Source of the DNA: Psychrobacter sp. HD31
GTDB taxonomy: Bacteria > Pseudomonadota > Gammaproteobacteria > Pseudomonadales > Moraxellaceae
Direction: 5' to 3'
DNA: 32,000 nt
NCBI RefSeq assembly: GCF_051097895.1
Contig: NZ_CP142525.1
Span: 1,890,001 to 1,922,000, forward strand
A program made the translations under genes and the position numbers. Of the stretch, positions 9,743-20,200 are shown piece by piece (position 1 is the stretch's first letter; each line of letters begins with the position of its first letter). The notes below the pieces were generated by a model. It was not told the DNA's origin. It was given only the letters and a program-made list of their open reading frames with translations, and made no database searches.

Positions 9743-10335
9743 TGGTTAAAATTAATTTACTCCCTTGGCGAGCGCAGCAAAAACAACAAAACAATCAACG
9801 TTTTTTAAAACAACTGGTTTTGACAGCTTTGTTAGCACTCCTCCTAGGTTTGGGTATTTGGCAATTTTTTAACCAACAACTTATTCAACAGCAAGCTGCA
9901 AACCAATATATTTTAATCCAAACACAAGCCTTGGATAGTCAGCTTGGCTCAGTGGCAAAAATAAAAAACGTCAAACAGGTGATGAGCCAGCGTATTCAGG
10001 TAATCGATGCCTTACAAACACGTAGGACACAGATCGTCACTTTATGGGAAGATGTGGCAAAGTCAGTGCCAACAGGGGTGTACTTAACTCGTCTTAATCA
10101 AGATGGTGATATATTAACGTTTACGGGTATGGTCGCGCGTAAAAATGCCTCAAATGACTTGGCTATTTTTGTCAAACGTTTAAAAACCAGCCCCGTCATT
10201 GATACCGCAATTGTGAAAAATATTCAACAATCAAATACGGGTACTAAATTTAATCGATTTGAAGTGGTTGCGCAGCAGCGAGATGGAATCGAGGTAGATG
10301 ACGAGCAAAGCATGGACGTGGGAGAACAGCCATGA
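9742..10335 (+). CDS. pilN: Type IV pilus assembly protein PilN
   Basis: Carries the conserved PilN N-terminal motif KINLLPWR followed by a single TM helix. GAGGAG lies 9 nt upstream of the ATG, and the start overlaps the pilM stop. Confidence 0.9.
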   Translation: MVKINLLPWRAQQKQQNNQRFLKQLVLTALLALLLGLGIWQFFNQQLIQQQAANQYILIQTQALDSQLGSVAKIKNVKQVMSQRIQVIDALQTRRTQIVTLWEDVAKSVPTGVYLTRLNQDGDILTFTGMVARKNASNDLAIFVKRLKTSPVIDTAIVKNIQQSNTGTKFNRFEVVAQQRDGIEVDDEQSMDVGEQP

Positions 10336-11135
10336 GATTTTCTCGTAAAAATAAAGCAGATAAACAGAGGACAAATTCCAGTCGAGATTTTTATGTAAGT
10401 GAGCGTCATCAACTGACGATGCCTAAAAAGTTTAGGCAGTTTTGGCGAGACATACAAACGCTTGATATGCAAAATTATGGCAGCTGGTCGTTACCAATAA
10501 AAAGCATGGTACATGCGTTGATTATTGCCATTATTTTAGCACTGATTTGGATGTTCCCCATCAGTAGTAAAAAAGACGAAATTAAAATTGCAGAGGCACG
10601 TAAAGCGGTTTTGTTAGACACATATAAGCAAAAGGCGTTTCAGACACGCTATTTAAATGAATATAACAAACAGCTAACCATGCTTGATGCCAGCAACCAA
10701 AGGTTGCAAATGCAATTGCCAGATAGTCACCAACCCTCTTTGTCATCAAATCTTATAGACCAAATTAGTCAATTAAGTGTGTCGAGTAATGTTGAGATTA
10801 TGGACATTGCGATTGGACAGGCAATCGAACAAAAAAATTATATTGAAGAACCTATAAAAATAGAAGTGATTGGCGATTACAATGACTTAGGCAGTTTTTT
10901 AAGTCAATTAGTTAATATGACAAGAATTGTCACCGTGCACGATTTTAGTTTAACGCCTAATCAAAACAAAACAAGTGCACAGGAAAAACCGCTTCAATTG
11001 TCTTTACAACTAAATGCCTATCAAGCCAAAGTGGATGTTAAAGATAATATAGATGCCAGTGTGCAAGATGCTAATGACCAACCAATGGTTAACAGCAGCA
11101 GTAATAACCATGGAGAAAGCCAAAATGAGAAATAA
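10332..11135 (+). CDS. pilO: Type IV pilus assembly protein PilO
   Basis: NYGSWSLPIK + TM helix + coiled-coil + C-terminal ...EEPIKIEVIGDYNDLGSFLSQLVNMTRIVTVHDFSLTP matches the PilO pattern. ATGA overlap with the pilN stop, with GGGAGA 7 nt upstream. An alternative start at 10419 would remove a basic 29-aa extension. Confidence 0.8.
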   Translation: MRFSRKNKADKQRTNSSRDFYVSERHQLTMPKKFRQFWRDIQTLDMQNYGSWSLPIKSMVHALIIAIILALIWMFPISSKKDEIKIAEARKAVLLDTYKQKAFQTRYLNEYNKQLTMLDASNQRLQMQLPDSHQPSLSSNLIDQISQLSVSSNVEIMDIAIGQAIEQKNYIEEPIKIEVIGDYNDLGSFLSQLVNMTRIVTVHDFSLTPNQNKTSAQEKPLQLSLQLNAYQAKVDVKDNIDASVQDANDQPMVNSSSNNHGESQNEK

Positions 11136-11769
11136 TTTTAATTTTGGCGTGCTGGTTTTGACTATAGGGTGTTTATTACAGGCTGGCTGTGGTGATAAAG
11201 TGGCAGTTGCCAAACAAGAAATTGAAAAAATTCAATCAACCAATTCAACACAAACGATTGAGCCACTACCAAAAATTCGTAGCTATCCTAACAACTATTA
11301 TCAACCAGTGGTTAATACTCAATTGTTTTATCAAGCGAGCACTAACCAAGTTAAAAATACAACTACTGATGTAAACCAAAGTGATAAGCAACGAACAACA
11401 AACTTAAACAAAAGCAAAGTTGAGTCCGACATTAGTCGTAAAACAAATTTAGTGCCCAAACCTATGGTCAAGCAAGAACCCACATCAGTCGCTTCTTCTG
11501 CGGTTACAAAAAGCGGAGAAGCGTTAGTAGCCTTTAATTTTAATGGCTTTGTGTTTAAAGGTATTGTTATTACACCGCAAGCCGAAACACTTGGGTTGAT
11601 TGAATTGCCTAATAAACAGTTGATTACTGTTAAAAAAGGAGACTATGTAGGGAATAATCTTGGCAAGGTGACAGAAATTTCACAAAATTTTTTACAAATT
11701 GAGCAAAGTATTTGGGACGGAAACAAAGTTAAAAAAATTAAACAAACGCTATTTTTACCAGTCAAATAA
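11125..11769 (+). CDS. pilP: Type IV pilus assembly lipoprotein PilP
   Basis: I place the start at ATG 11125 (GGAGA 8 nt upstream, overlapping the pilO end). This gives MRNNFNFGVLVLTIGCLLQAGCGDK, a lipoprotein signal with lipobox LQAGC. The C-terminal beta-domain ...VKKGDYVGNNLGKVTEISQNFLQIEQSIWDG... resembles PilP. The position between pilO and pilQ fits. Confidence 0.75.
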   Translation: MRNNFNFGVLVLTIGCLLQAGCGDKVAVAKQEIEKIQSTNSTQTIEPLPKIRSYPNNYYQPVVNTQLFYQASTNQVKNTTTDVNQSDKQRTTNLNKSKVESDISRKTNLVPKPMVKQEPTSVASSAVTKSGEALVAFNFNGFVFKGIVITPQAETLGLIELPNKQLITVKKGDYVGNNLGKVTEISQNFLQIEQSIWDGNKVKKIKQTLFLPVK

Positions 11770-11893
11770 CTTTGATTATTTGAAAATTGTTTGAACGATT
11801 TAAATGATGTTTTTATGGATATAAAAGAGCAAATAGGGTGATAACAAGTTAATAAAAAGCTGAGTAGTTTTGACAAGGAATGTGAATAAAAAA

Positions 11894-13552
11894 ATGGATA
11901 AAAGATGGGATAAGGTGAAACGACTGCCTTTAGTAATGTGTATGAGTGTGGCAGTGATAAATGGTACACAAGCCGAGCAAATAGTACTAAATGGTGAAAT
12001 GATAGAAACAAAACTCATCACAGCTGAGCTTTTGCAAGATATTGTGCAGCCTCCTAGTAACCATTTAAATGGTTTAATTGATGAAACTACCGAAGCAATT
12101 AATCTATCGAATGCTAATAAACCCAACAAATTAAGCAACGTTAGTGCAATTAATGAGGATACACAAACAGCGCAAAATTTAGTTAACCGGCCAGAGAAAA
12201 CATATCAAGGTAAACCGATATCAATGGCATTTCAGGATGTGCCAATTCGTAATGTGTTAGACGTTTTAGCGCAAGTGACAGGGCTTAACATTGTAACCAG
12301 CGATTCTGTAACAGGAACAATGACACTTAGGTTAATGAATGTCCCTTGGGATCAGGTATTGGATGTTATTTTGCAAACACAAAACCTAATAATGCGAGAA
12401 GAAAACCAAGTGTTGATGATAACGCCATCTGATGAAGCAGCACAAAGGCTAGGGCGTTTTTCTCCATTGCATACAGAATATATTCGTTTAAATTATGCCA
12501 GTGTAAAAGATGTTCAAAAAATTATTAAAGAACGGCAATTAAATAATCAAAAAAATCCCTATATACCCACTACTGTTAGCCCTACTTATGCTAACTCTGC
12601 CAATGCTTCATCAACGCCTACATTAGTCAATAATTTAGTTGGCATAGCAAGTCCCAGCTTATTATCACCCCGAGGCACAGTCACGATTGATGAACGAACA
12701 AATATGTTAATTATTAAAGATACAGCCGCCAGTATTGAAAATATTAAAGGATTAATCAGCCGTATTGACATTCAAGTTGAGCAAGTCATGATAGAAGCAA
12801 GAATTGTGAGTGCGTCAGATTCTTTTAGTCGAGAACTGGGCGTTAATTGGGGTATTTTGTCAAATACAGTGGCTAATAATAATGACTTATTGATTGGAGG
12901 TAGCCAGCAAACCTTATGGGACTTACGTGATAATGATGCCAGCAGTTATAGAGGCTATGATATTAGCCGACCCAATAATTTAAACGTTGATTTGGGGATA
13001 GATAATGCCGCTGGGCGTATTGCTTTTGGTCTTATCAATTTATCAGATATCATGATTGATTTAGAGCTGTCTGCCATGCAAGCAGAAGGGCGTGGCGAAG
13101 TAATTTCTACACCCAAAATTTTAACGGGTGATAAACAAACGGCAAAAGTGGTTTCTGGCACACAAATACCGTATCAAGAGTCGGTTTCAAATGGTGTGAC
13201 TGCCACAAGGTTTATTGAAGCCGCTTTAAGCCTTGAAGTCACGCCAAGTATTACACCAGATGGTAACATTGGTATGCAATTAAATATTAATAATGATGCC
13301 CCTCGTCAATTAGCAACAGGGGAATATGCGATTGATACCAACAGCATTTCAACAAATGTCATTGTAAAAAATGGTCAAACGGTAGTGCTTGGTGGCGTAT
13401 ATCGCAATGCGATTTCTAATGCCGAAAACAAAGTCCCCGTATTAGGAGATGTGCCGGTTATCGGTAATTTGTTTAAACAAAAACTACGCAGCAACCAAAA
13501 AGAGGAGTTGCTTATTTTTGTTACCCCTAAGTTGGTTGGTCATACTAAGTAG
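11894..13552 (+). CDS. pilQ: Type IV pilus secretin PilQ
   Basis: N0/secretin-N region (ISMAFQDVPIRNVLDVLAQVTGLNIVTSDSVTGTMTLRLMNVPWDQVLDVIL) and the secretin C-domain ending ...VPVLGDVPVIGNLFKQK...EELLIFVTPKLV. The track start is TTG 11870; ATG 11894 (MDKRWDKVKRLPLVMCMSVAVINGTQA) is more plausible. Confidence 0.95.
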   Translation: MDKRWDKVKRLPLVMCMSVAVINGTQAEQIVLNGEMIETKLITAELLQDIVQPPSNHLNGLIDETTEAINLSNANKPNKLSNVSAINEDTQTAQNLVNRPEKTYQGKPISMAFQDVPIRNVLDVLAQVTGLNIVTSDSVTGTMTLRLMNVPWDQVLDVILQTQNLIMREENQVLMITPSDEAAQRLGRFSPLHTEYIRLNYASVKDVQKIIKERQLNNQKNPYIPTTVSPTYANSANASSTPTLVNNLVGIASPSLLSPRGTVTIDERTNMLIIKDTAASIENIKGLISRIDIQVEQVMIEARIVSASDSFSRELGVNWGILSNTVANNNDLLIGGSQQTLWDLRDNDASSYRGYDISRPNNLNVDLGIDNAAGRIAFGLINLSDIMIDLELSAMQAEGRGEVISTPKILTGDKQTAKVVSGTQIPYQESVSNGVTATRFIEAALSLEVTPSITPDGNIGMQLNINNDAPRQLATGEYAIDTNSISTNVIVKNGQTVVLGGVYRNAISNAENKVPVLGDVPVIGNLFKQKLRSNQKEELLIFVTPKLVGHTK

Positions 13553-13718
13553 ATAACAGTCAGTAAATAGCAGTAAGTAAATAACTTAATGTAACATGAG
13601 ATGTTAACCTAACTTCTGTTATTTTTAATCTACTTTACTCGATATTCCACATAAAAACTGGTAAGCAATCCAGATAACCGCTATCATAGATGCATTGTAT
13701 TAAAAGTAAGAATGATTT

Positions 13719-14276
13719 ATGGGCAAACCACTTGATTCCATATTTTTTGTTGGACCAATGGGAGCGGGCAAAACCACAATTGGTAAACTACTTGCAAAAA
13801 AGCTTGGGCGAAAATTTATAGACAGTGACTGGTATATCCAAGAATGCACTGGTGCAGACATTCCTTGGATTTTTGAAAAAGAAGGCGAAGAAGGCTTTAG
13901 ACAAAGAGAAACCAGCGCACTAGACGAATTAACCAAATTACCAAACTTGGTATTGGCAACAGGCGGTGGCGCGGTGATGCGCAAACAAAACCGTAAAATG
14001 TTGCAAGAGCGTGGTTTGGTCGTTTATCTTAATGCCAGTGTTGATGTGCAAGTAGAAAGAACCCGTAAAGACAAAAACCGTCCCTTGCTTAAAAACCCAA
14101 GCCCAAGGCAAGTACTGCATCGCTTGTATACGCACCGTCACCCTTACTATCAACAACTTGCAGATGTTGAGGTAATCACAGGGCATACTTACCCCAAGCA
14201 AATGGTTGCAGAAATTATTGAAGCCTTGTATAAACTTGGTTATGAGTTTGATATACAAGATAACGCAACCACTTAA
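13719..14276 (+). CDS. aroK: Shikimate kinase
   Basis: IFFVGPMGAGKTTIGKLLAKKLGRKFIDSD...TGADIPWIFEKEGEEGFRQRE...LATGGGAV...VVYL... is near-colinear with E. coli AroK. pilQ-aroK-aroB order is conserved. Confidence 0.95.
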   Translation: MGKPLDSIFFVGPMGAGKTTIGKLLAKKLGRKFIDSDWYIQECTGADIPWIFEKEGEEGFRQRETSALDELTKLPNLVLATGGGAVMRKQNRKMLQERGLVVYLNASVDVQVERTRKDKNRPLLKNPSPRQVLHRLYTHRHPYYQQLADVEVITGHTYPKQMVAEIIEALYKLGYEFDIQDNATT

Positions 14277-14347
14277 AAAAATTACGCTATCGGTTTTTAT
14301 CTTGTTAACAATCAAATAAAATTTATACCAATCAACCAGAAAAAATT

Positions 14348-15442
14348 ATGATGAAACCACAAACAATTACCGTAAATACTGCCAGTCATGATTACTTAAT
14401 TAACATCACTCAAGGATTAATTAACGATCCCCAACAGTTATACCAAACGTTGCAATCCTACATAAAAGGCAGCCAAGTATTGATTGTTACTAATGATGTT
14501 GTTGCACCTTTGTATTTAGCGCAATTAAAACAAGCGTTAGAGCAACACTATAAAGTGGTTGTTTGTGAACTGCCCGACGGAGAGCAGTTTAAAAACCAAG
14601 ACAGCATTAATAAAATATATGACCAGTTAATGGGACATCACTTTAACCGTGATGCTACCCTAATTGCCCTTGGAGGTGGTGTCATTGGTGACATGACAGG
14701 GTTTGCAGCAGCAAGCTTTATGCGTGGGGTGAATTTTATCCAAGTACCAACAACGCTGCTTTCTCAGGTGGACTCAAGTGTGGGTGGCAAAACAGGTATT
14801 AACCATGCACTTGGTAAAAATATGATAGGGGCGTTTTGGCAGCCGGGTTATGTTTTAGCCGATATGCAAAGTTTATCCACACTCCCTGCACGAGAGTTTT
14901 CGGCAGGTATGGCGGAGGTCATTAAATATGCTTTTATCATGGATGCGCCATTTTTAACATGGATAGAAGCCAATATTGATGCGATTATGTCGCTTGAATA
15001 CAGTGCGTTAAGTTATATTGTTAAACGTTGTTGTGAACTAAAAGCGCAAATAGTGGCAGAAGATGAGCGAGAATCCGGTAAACGCGCAATTTTAAATTTT
15101 GGGCACACCTTTGGGCATGTTATAGAAACACACCAAGGTTATGGCAACTGGCTGCATGGTGAAGCGGTAGCGGCAGGGATGGTTCAAGCGGCAAAATTAT
15201 CACACTCACAAGGCTGGTTAAGTGAGGATGATGTTAAACGCATTATTAACATTACGCAGCAATTAAATTTGCCGACCATGCCACCAGAAATTGAGGTACA
15301 AACGGCATTAGAGCTGATGCACCACGATAAAAAAACCATGTCTGGCAATATTAGGTTGGTTTTATTAAAATCAATTGGAGAGGCCGTTGTAACGAAAGAT
15401 TTTAGTCAAGATAAACTGGTAGAGGTTTTAAGCTCTCATTAA
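14348..15442 (+). CDS. aroB: 3-dehydroquinate synthase
   Basis: GGGVIGDMTGFAAASFMRGVNFIQVPTTLLSQVDSSVGGKTGINH..GKNMIGAFWQP and the metal ligands ...NFGHTFGH...HGEAVA.... 364 aa. Confidence 0.95.
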   Translation: MMKPQTITVNTASHDYLINITQGLINDPQQLYQTLQSYIKGSQVLIVTNDVVAPLYLAQLKQALEQHYKVVVCELPDGEQFKNQDSINKIYDQLMGHHFNRDATLIALGGGVIGDMTGFAAASFMRGVNFIQVPTTLLSQVDSSVGGKTGINHALGKNMIGAFWQPGYVLADMQSLSTLPAREFSAGMAEVIKYAFIMDAPFLTWIEANIDAIMSLEYSALSYIVKRCCELKAQIVAEDERESGKRAILNFGHTFGHVIETHQGYGNWLHGEAVAAGMVQAAKLSHSQGWLSEDDVKRIINITQQLNLPTMPPEIEVQTALELMHHDKKTMSGNIRLVLLKSIGEAVVTKDFSQDKLVEVLSSH

Positions 15443-15614
15443 TTGTTGGTTAATATAAAGCTAAAAAATGCCATATTAGGGCTAATCCCGTTATAATAGA
15501 TAAGTGGTTAAAATTTTGTTTTAATTGAATGAAAATCAGCTAATTTGATACGGTTTAAACGATAAAATTAGCCAAAATTTTAAAACTAGTCAGTGATAAA
15601 GTAGGTAAGTGAAG

Positions 15615-16739
15615 ATGTCGCAAACTCAATCAAAACGCAACGTTCATAACAAACGTGGATTGGCCTCTGTATGGTTAATTGCCACTTTGATTGTAACCTT
15701 ATTGACATTTACCTTGTGGATTTTTAGTGCGTCGGCGTCGGCAGTAGAAAGCGAAGAAGATGAAACGCAAGCTGAGCAAACAGAAGTAGAAAGTAGCTTG
15801 CTCAATGAAATATCATTGACGCGTCAAATTACCAATTTAGATGAACTCCAAAGCAGTGTCGCACCAATCAGCTTTGATGATATCATCATGGATATGCGTA
15901 ATTATCCTGCCGAATTTAAAGATAAAAAGTATTTGATTACACGACAAGGTAAGTGGACGATTCAGGTCATGAATGTGAGTGACCACAATATTATTAAAGA
16001 TTATTTAGAAACCAGAGAAGATAGAAGCGATTTTGCTTATTTTCGTTATATTGATGACTTTAAACAAACCCGCTACTTGCTAGTATATGGCGTAATGGGT
16101 ACCGAAGAAAAAATTAACAATTTGTTTGATAAAGTTGATTTTTCATTACCCAAAGGGGTAACTGCCAAACCAATCAAGTTTAGCAATTATCTTAGTAAAG
16201 TGGATAACTACGAGCGAGCTGATTCGATTGTTGCGATTACTAGCAAACAGCCGAGGGAAGTGAACCTTAAACCCACTAACCGAGAACTCGCTGCAAGAAC
16301 AGCAACATTGAAAATGAAAGACCCCACAGATGTGGTTAATACGGTGACGGCACCGAATAGTCCTAGTAATGTAAAAAATAATGACTTAGCGGCATCTGAT
16401 GCAAGTGATGAGTTAGAAAAGGCGCAAAATAATTCCGCATCAAACGAGGGTTCTCAAACGGTTGATGGTAGTAACAATGCTCAGGATGTGCAGCCGCAAA
16501 AAGAAAAGTCAAACCTTAATGACTCGGTGAGACCTGCCGATATACAAACAAAGGCTGATGCGCAGAAACCAACCAATGAGCCTAATAAAAAGACACCGGT
16601 AAAAAATAATGAGTCAAAGCCTGTTGCTAAAAAAGAGGAAACTAAAAAATCAGCGCCAGCAATAGCAAATAGCTCAAACAACAGTTCAACCAATGTTGGT
16701 TCTCAACCAAAGCAGTTTAATCCAGATGATGTTGAGTAA
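15615..16739 (+). CDS. DamX-like SPOR-domain membrane protein with a long low-complexity C-terminal tail
   Basis: N-terminal TM (LASVWLIATLIVTLLTFTLWIF), an acidic linker, then GKWTIQVMNVSDHNIIKDYLETREDRSDFAYFRYIDDFKQTRYLLVYGVMGTEEKINNLFDKVDFSLPKGVTAKPIKF. This parallels the E. coli DamX SPOR segment ([72 protein letters not shown], from memory). Its position after aroB matches damX in enterics. The ATG at 15615 has AGG 9 nt upstream; the track uses GTG 15609. Confidence 0.6.
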   Translation: MSQTQSKRNVHNKRGLASVWLIATLIVTLLTFTLWIFSASASAVESEEDETQAEQTEVESSLLNEISLTRQITNLDELQSSVAPISFDDIIMDMRNYPAEFKDKKYLITRQGKWTIQVMNVSDHNIIKDYLETREDRSDFAYFRYIDDFKQTRYLLVYGVMGTEEKINNLFDKVDFSLPKGVTAKPIKFSNYLSKVDNYERADSIVAITSKQPREVNLKPTNRELAARTATLKMKDPTDVVNTVTAPNSPSNVKNNDLAASDASDELEKAQNNSASNEGSQTVDGSNNAQDVQPQKEKSNLNDSVRPADIQTKADAQKPTNEPNKKTPVKNNESKPVAKKEETKKSAPAIANSSNNSSTNVGSQPKQFNPDDVE

Positions 16740-17281
16740 TAAGCACTCTTCATAAGTAAAGCTTGCAGAAAAATGTAAGTGAGGATGAATAAGCATAGCA
16801 TTTCATTACTTTTTTATTCAAAATGGTTATGTTGAGCATAATTATTTTTGACTGGATTTTTGTTTTATCATCTAATACTATGAAAGGTCGGCAAAATCGT
16901 ATCGTTAAGTTGTATTCTACAAGCTTTAAAGTGTTACTTATTAAATAGGGTGTTGATATGGGCGTTATTTAGCACTTTACTCCGTTTATTTAAAGCACTA
17001 AAAGCATACTATATAGTCAACAAGTCATTGGACTTAAACAAGTTGGTTATGTAAATTTATATAGTTTTTATGTTAAGACTTAACGTTTTAGACTGTCTTT
17101 TTTAAAAGATTTTCATATTTGTCATTCTTATTTTAACTAGCTTATTGCCAGTTACATATTTTATATATATGACGTTTGTTTTTAATTGCATAGCTAACAG
17201 CCATGTATTAGATTTATCTTATCAACAGACTGACAAGTGGATTACTTGTCTGCTGTTTTCTTAAAAGGGTATCAAAGCATT

Positions 17282-20200
17282 ATGACCAGACAATTATTTG
17301 ACCAAGACTTAGAACATTCAAGTTGTGGTGTCGGTTTTATTACCAATAAAAAAAGTATCCAAACGCATGAGTTGTTAGAACATGCTCATGAAGCGTTATG
17401 CAAAATTCCACACCGTGGTGGTATGAGTGCTGAAGGTGTTGGTGATGGTGCGGGTGTTAATATTGATATTTCTTTAAATTTTTATCGCCACCTTACCGAT
17501 ATAGAAGACTTAAAAGCCGGTGAATTTGGGGTCGGTAACTTTTTCTTCCCAAAAGATGAAACTCAGCACAAACGTTCAGAACAAGCAATCCGTGATGTTT
17601 TAAAAGCACACGATTTAAAAATACTATTGTGGCGAGATGTTGAAACTAACCCTGAAGTATTAAACCTTGCGGCGCAAAAATCGCAATTGGTTATCCATCA
17701 AGTCGTTTTTGCTAAGCCAAAATCAATCGAGTTAAGCGAAAACTCTCAAGAACATTTTGAAAAAGTCATCCACTTGGCGCTTAAAAAGATTGAAGCACTA
17801 TCATTAAATGATGAAAGTTTGGCAGGTTTGTTCCCACTTTCTATGAGCTCTAAAAGCCAAGTTTATAAAGGGCGTTTAAATAGTTGGGAGGTTGTACCAT
17901 ATTTTAAAGACCTGACTAACCCAGAGCATAAAATTCATACTTTATTCTTCCATACAAGGTTTTCAACCAATACAGCGCCAAACCCACTGTTTGCACAGCC
18001 TTTCCGTCGTATGGCACACAATGGTGAGCTAAATACCGACAAGAAAAATAGGTTGAGTGTTGCCGCGATTGCTAAATCACGTGGTAAGGAGCTTAAGTTC
18101 CCTAAAGGGCAGTCAGATTCGGCTAGACTTGATCAAACCCTAGCACGCCGTATGATTGAAGATGAAATGACCATCGACAAAGCATTGGTTGCGATGATGC
18201 CACCAGCATGGGAAAACGATATAAATTACTCAAAAGAAAGTAACCCCAAAGTTAGGGCAATGCTTGAGTATTTTTCATTATCTGAAGAAAAAAATGACGG
18301 ACCTGCTGCGATTATCTTCTTTGATGGTACTAAAGTTGGCGCAAGGCTTGACCGCCTAGGCTTGCGTCCACTTCGCTCGATTGAAACACATGATTATTTT
18401 GCTGTTATGAGTGAAGCTGGTCAAATTGACTTTGATCCAAGTACTGTGGTTGGTCGTGGGCGTATTAAAGCAGGTGGCATGGTGATGTTTGACCATGCAA
18501 GCCAACAAATTTTACGTTCGGATGAAATTTTAGAAGAATTAGCCAACGAGCAAAATTACCAAGAATTGTTAGATGCGGCAAAAATTGATATTGATGAGTT
18601 GCCCGAGGCTAAGCAAAGTGACTATGCCATACCAACTGATTTATGTTTGTCTGCTCGTCATGTTGCTTATTCATTAAACCAAGAAAGTTTTAGATTTTTC
18701 TTGGATCCGATGATGGCAGAGGCAAAAGAAAAAGTATCAGCCATGGGCTTTGGCTTAGCACCAGCGGGGATTGAACCTAATGAAGGTGGTATGTCTCGTT
18801 ACTTTAGTCAACGTTTTGCCCAGGTCACTAACCCTTCATTAGATAGTATCCGTGAAGCAGACGGTATGACGTTGCGCGTGGCATTAGGTGCAAAACCTAA
18901 CTTTAGCAATGGCTCAACCAAACAATTAATGATTGAATCGCCAATATTGCAGCCACAGCAACTAATGCAAATTAAAGCACTAGGGGATGACCAAGCGATT
19001 GGTGTTCAGACCTTAGATGCTTTGTATGTGCCGAGTGATGATGAAACAAAAAACCAAGAAAACTTAAAAGCAGCAATTGCTTCAGTTTGTGAGCAAGTGG
19101 CGCAACTTGCTGATCCAAAAAATCAACCTTCTGGTAATCCGCACGGTATCATTGTTTTGTCTGATGTTAATATCAGCAAGCAACATGCACCAATACCAGC
19201 AATTTTATTGGTGTCAGCGGTTAACCAACATCTTATTGCAAAAGGGCTGCGTTTTTATACCAACATTGTTATGGAAACAGGGCAAGCGGTTAGCACGCAC
19301 GATATCGCTTGTATCCTTGGCTTTGGTGCCTCAGCGGTATGTCCAGTTACTGTTTATAGCCGAGCATTAGAGCTTTATCAACAACCAGATGCGGTTGCCA
19401 AAGCTTTAAATAACTACCAAAAAGCAGTAGAAAAAGCCTTAATGAAAACCATGGGTAAATTTGGGCTGTGTACGGTAGAAAGCTACATTGGCGGTGAATT
19501 TTTTGAAGCCAACTTCTTAGATACGCAAGATGAGTACTTAGCTAAAGTATTCCCAAGTATTCGTTCACCACTTGGCGGTGCTAGTTTTACTGAAATTGCA
19601 AAAAGTGCGACAGATTGGCACAACAAAATTAAAGAAGTTCAGACAGAAGAGCAAATACCACTGTTAGGCTTATTTAAAGAACGTGGAGATGGTGCAGGTC
19701 ATGGTTTTGGTGTAACAGCCGTGCGTGAGTTTGTTGCCATGACAGAAGAAGACTTTAGCTATACAGATGAAGTTATCAAAAATGAAGAGGCGACATTATT
19801 ACCAAACGATACTAGCTATACCGATTTAGGCTATGAAAAACGCACGCCAGAACAAATTGATAAACATAGCATCACCCCAGCGTATCGTCATTTTGCCGAA
19901 GAGGTATATGCCGAGCGTGATGAGCGCCCTGCAACTTTACGTGATGTTTTAGTACTGCCTTTTGATGCTAGCAATGCCAAAATAGCTGATGACTTTGAAA
20001 CATTATTTAAAAAATATAGCAGCAAAGGTAATAACAATTTAAGTGTACAAGGCTTAACTATTACAGCCACTAGTGCACAAGAGTTAGACCAAGCTCAGGC
20101 AGACTATCAAATAACATTGGCTAACAAAAACTATGATGCGTTTGCCCAAGCTGCCAAAGCGGTGTTTGGTGACCAAGTTACTGCTCAAGTTGCCGACCAA

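Noticed and set aside
11643-12138. Two minus-strand ORFs (122 aa and 112 aa) across the pilP/pilQ junction
   Set aside because: They are antisense to pilP and pilQ, have low-complexity hydrophobic translations typical of AT-rich antisense frames, and have no SD. They interrupt a conserved operon.
13938-14315. 125-aa minus-strand ORF opposite aroK, plus similar antisense ORFs inside gltB (e.g. 22204-22566, 21702-21986)
   Set aside because: They lie fully within strongly supported conserved genes on the opposite strand and have no independent coding signal.
17232-17262. Leader hairpin GACAAGT-GGATT-ACTTGTC followed by TGCTGTTTTCTT as a transcription attenuator of the gltB-like gene
   Set aside because: The stem is only 7 bp, AT-rich, and the U-tract is interrupted. 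It also overlaps the alternative GTG start at 17237. It is too weak to call without transcript data.
16740-17281. Sigma54 (-24/-12) promoter or a known nitrogen riboswitch upstream of the gltB-like gene
   Set aside because: I scanned for TGGCAC-N5-TTGC-like spacing at the TTGC sites (around 17145 and 17186) and found no GG at the required distance. I recognise no conserved riboswitch-like structure.
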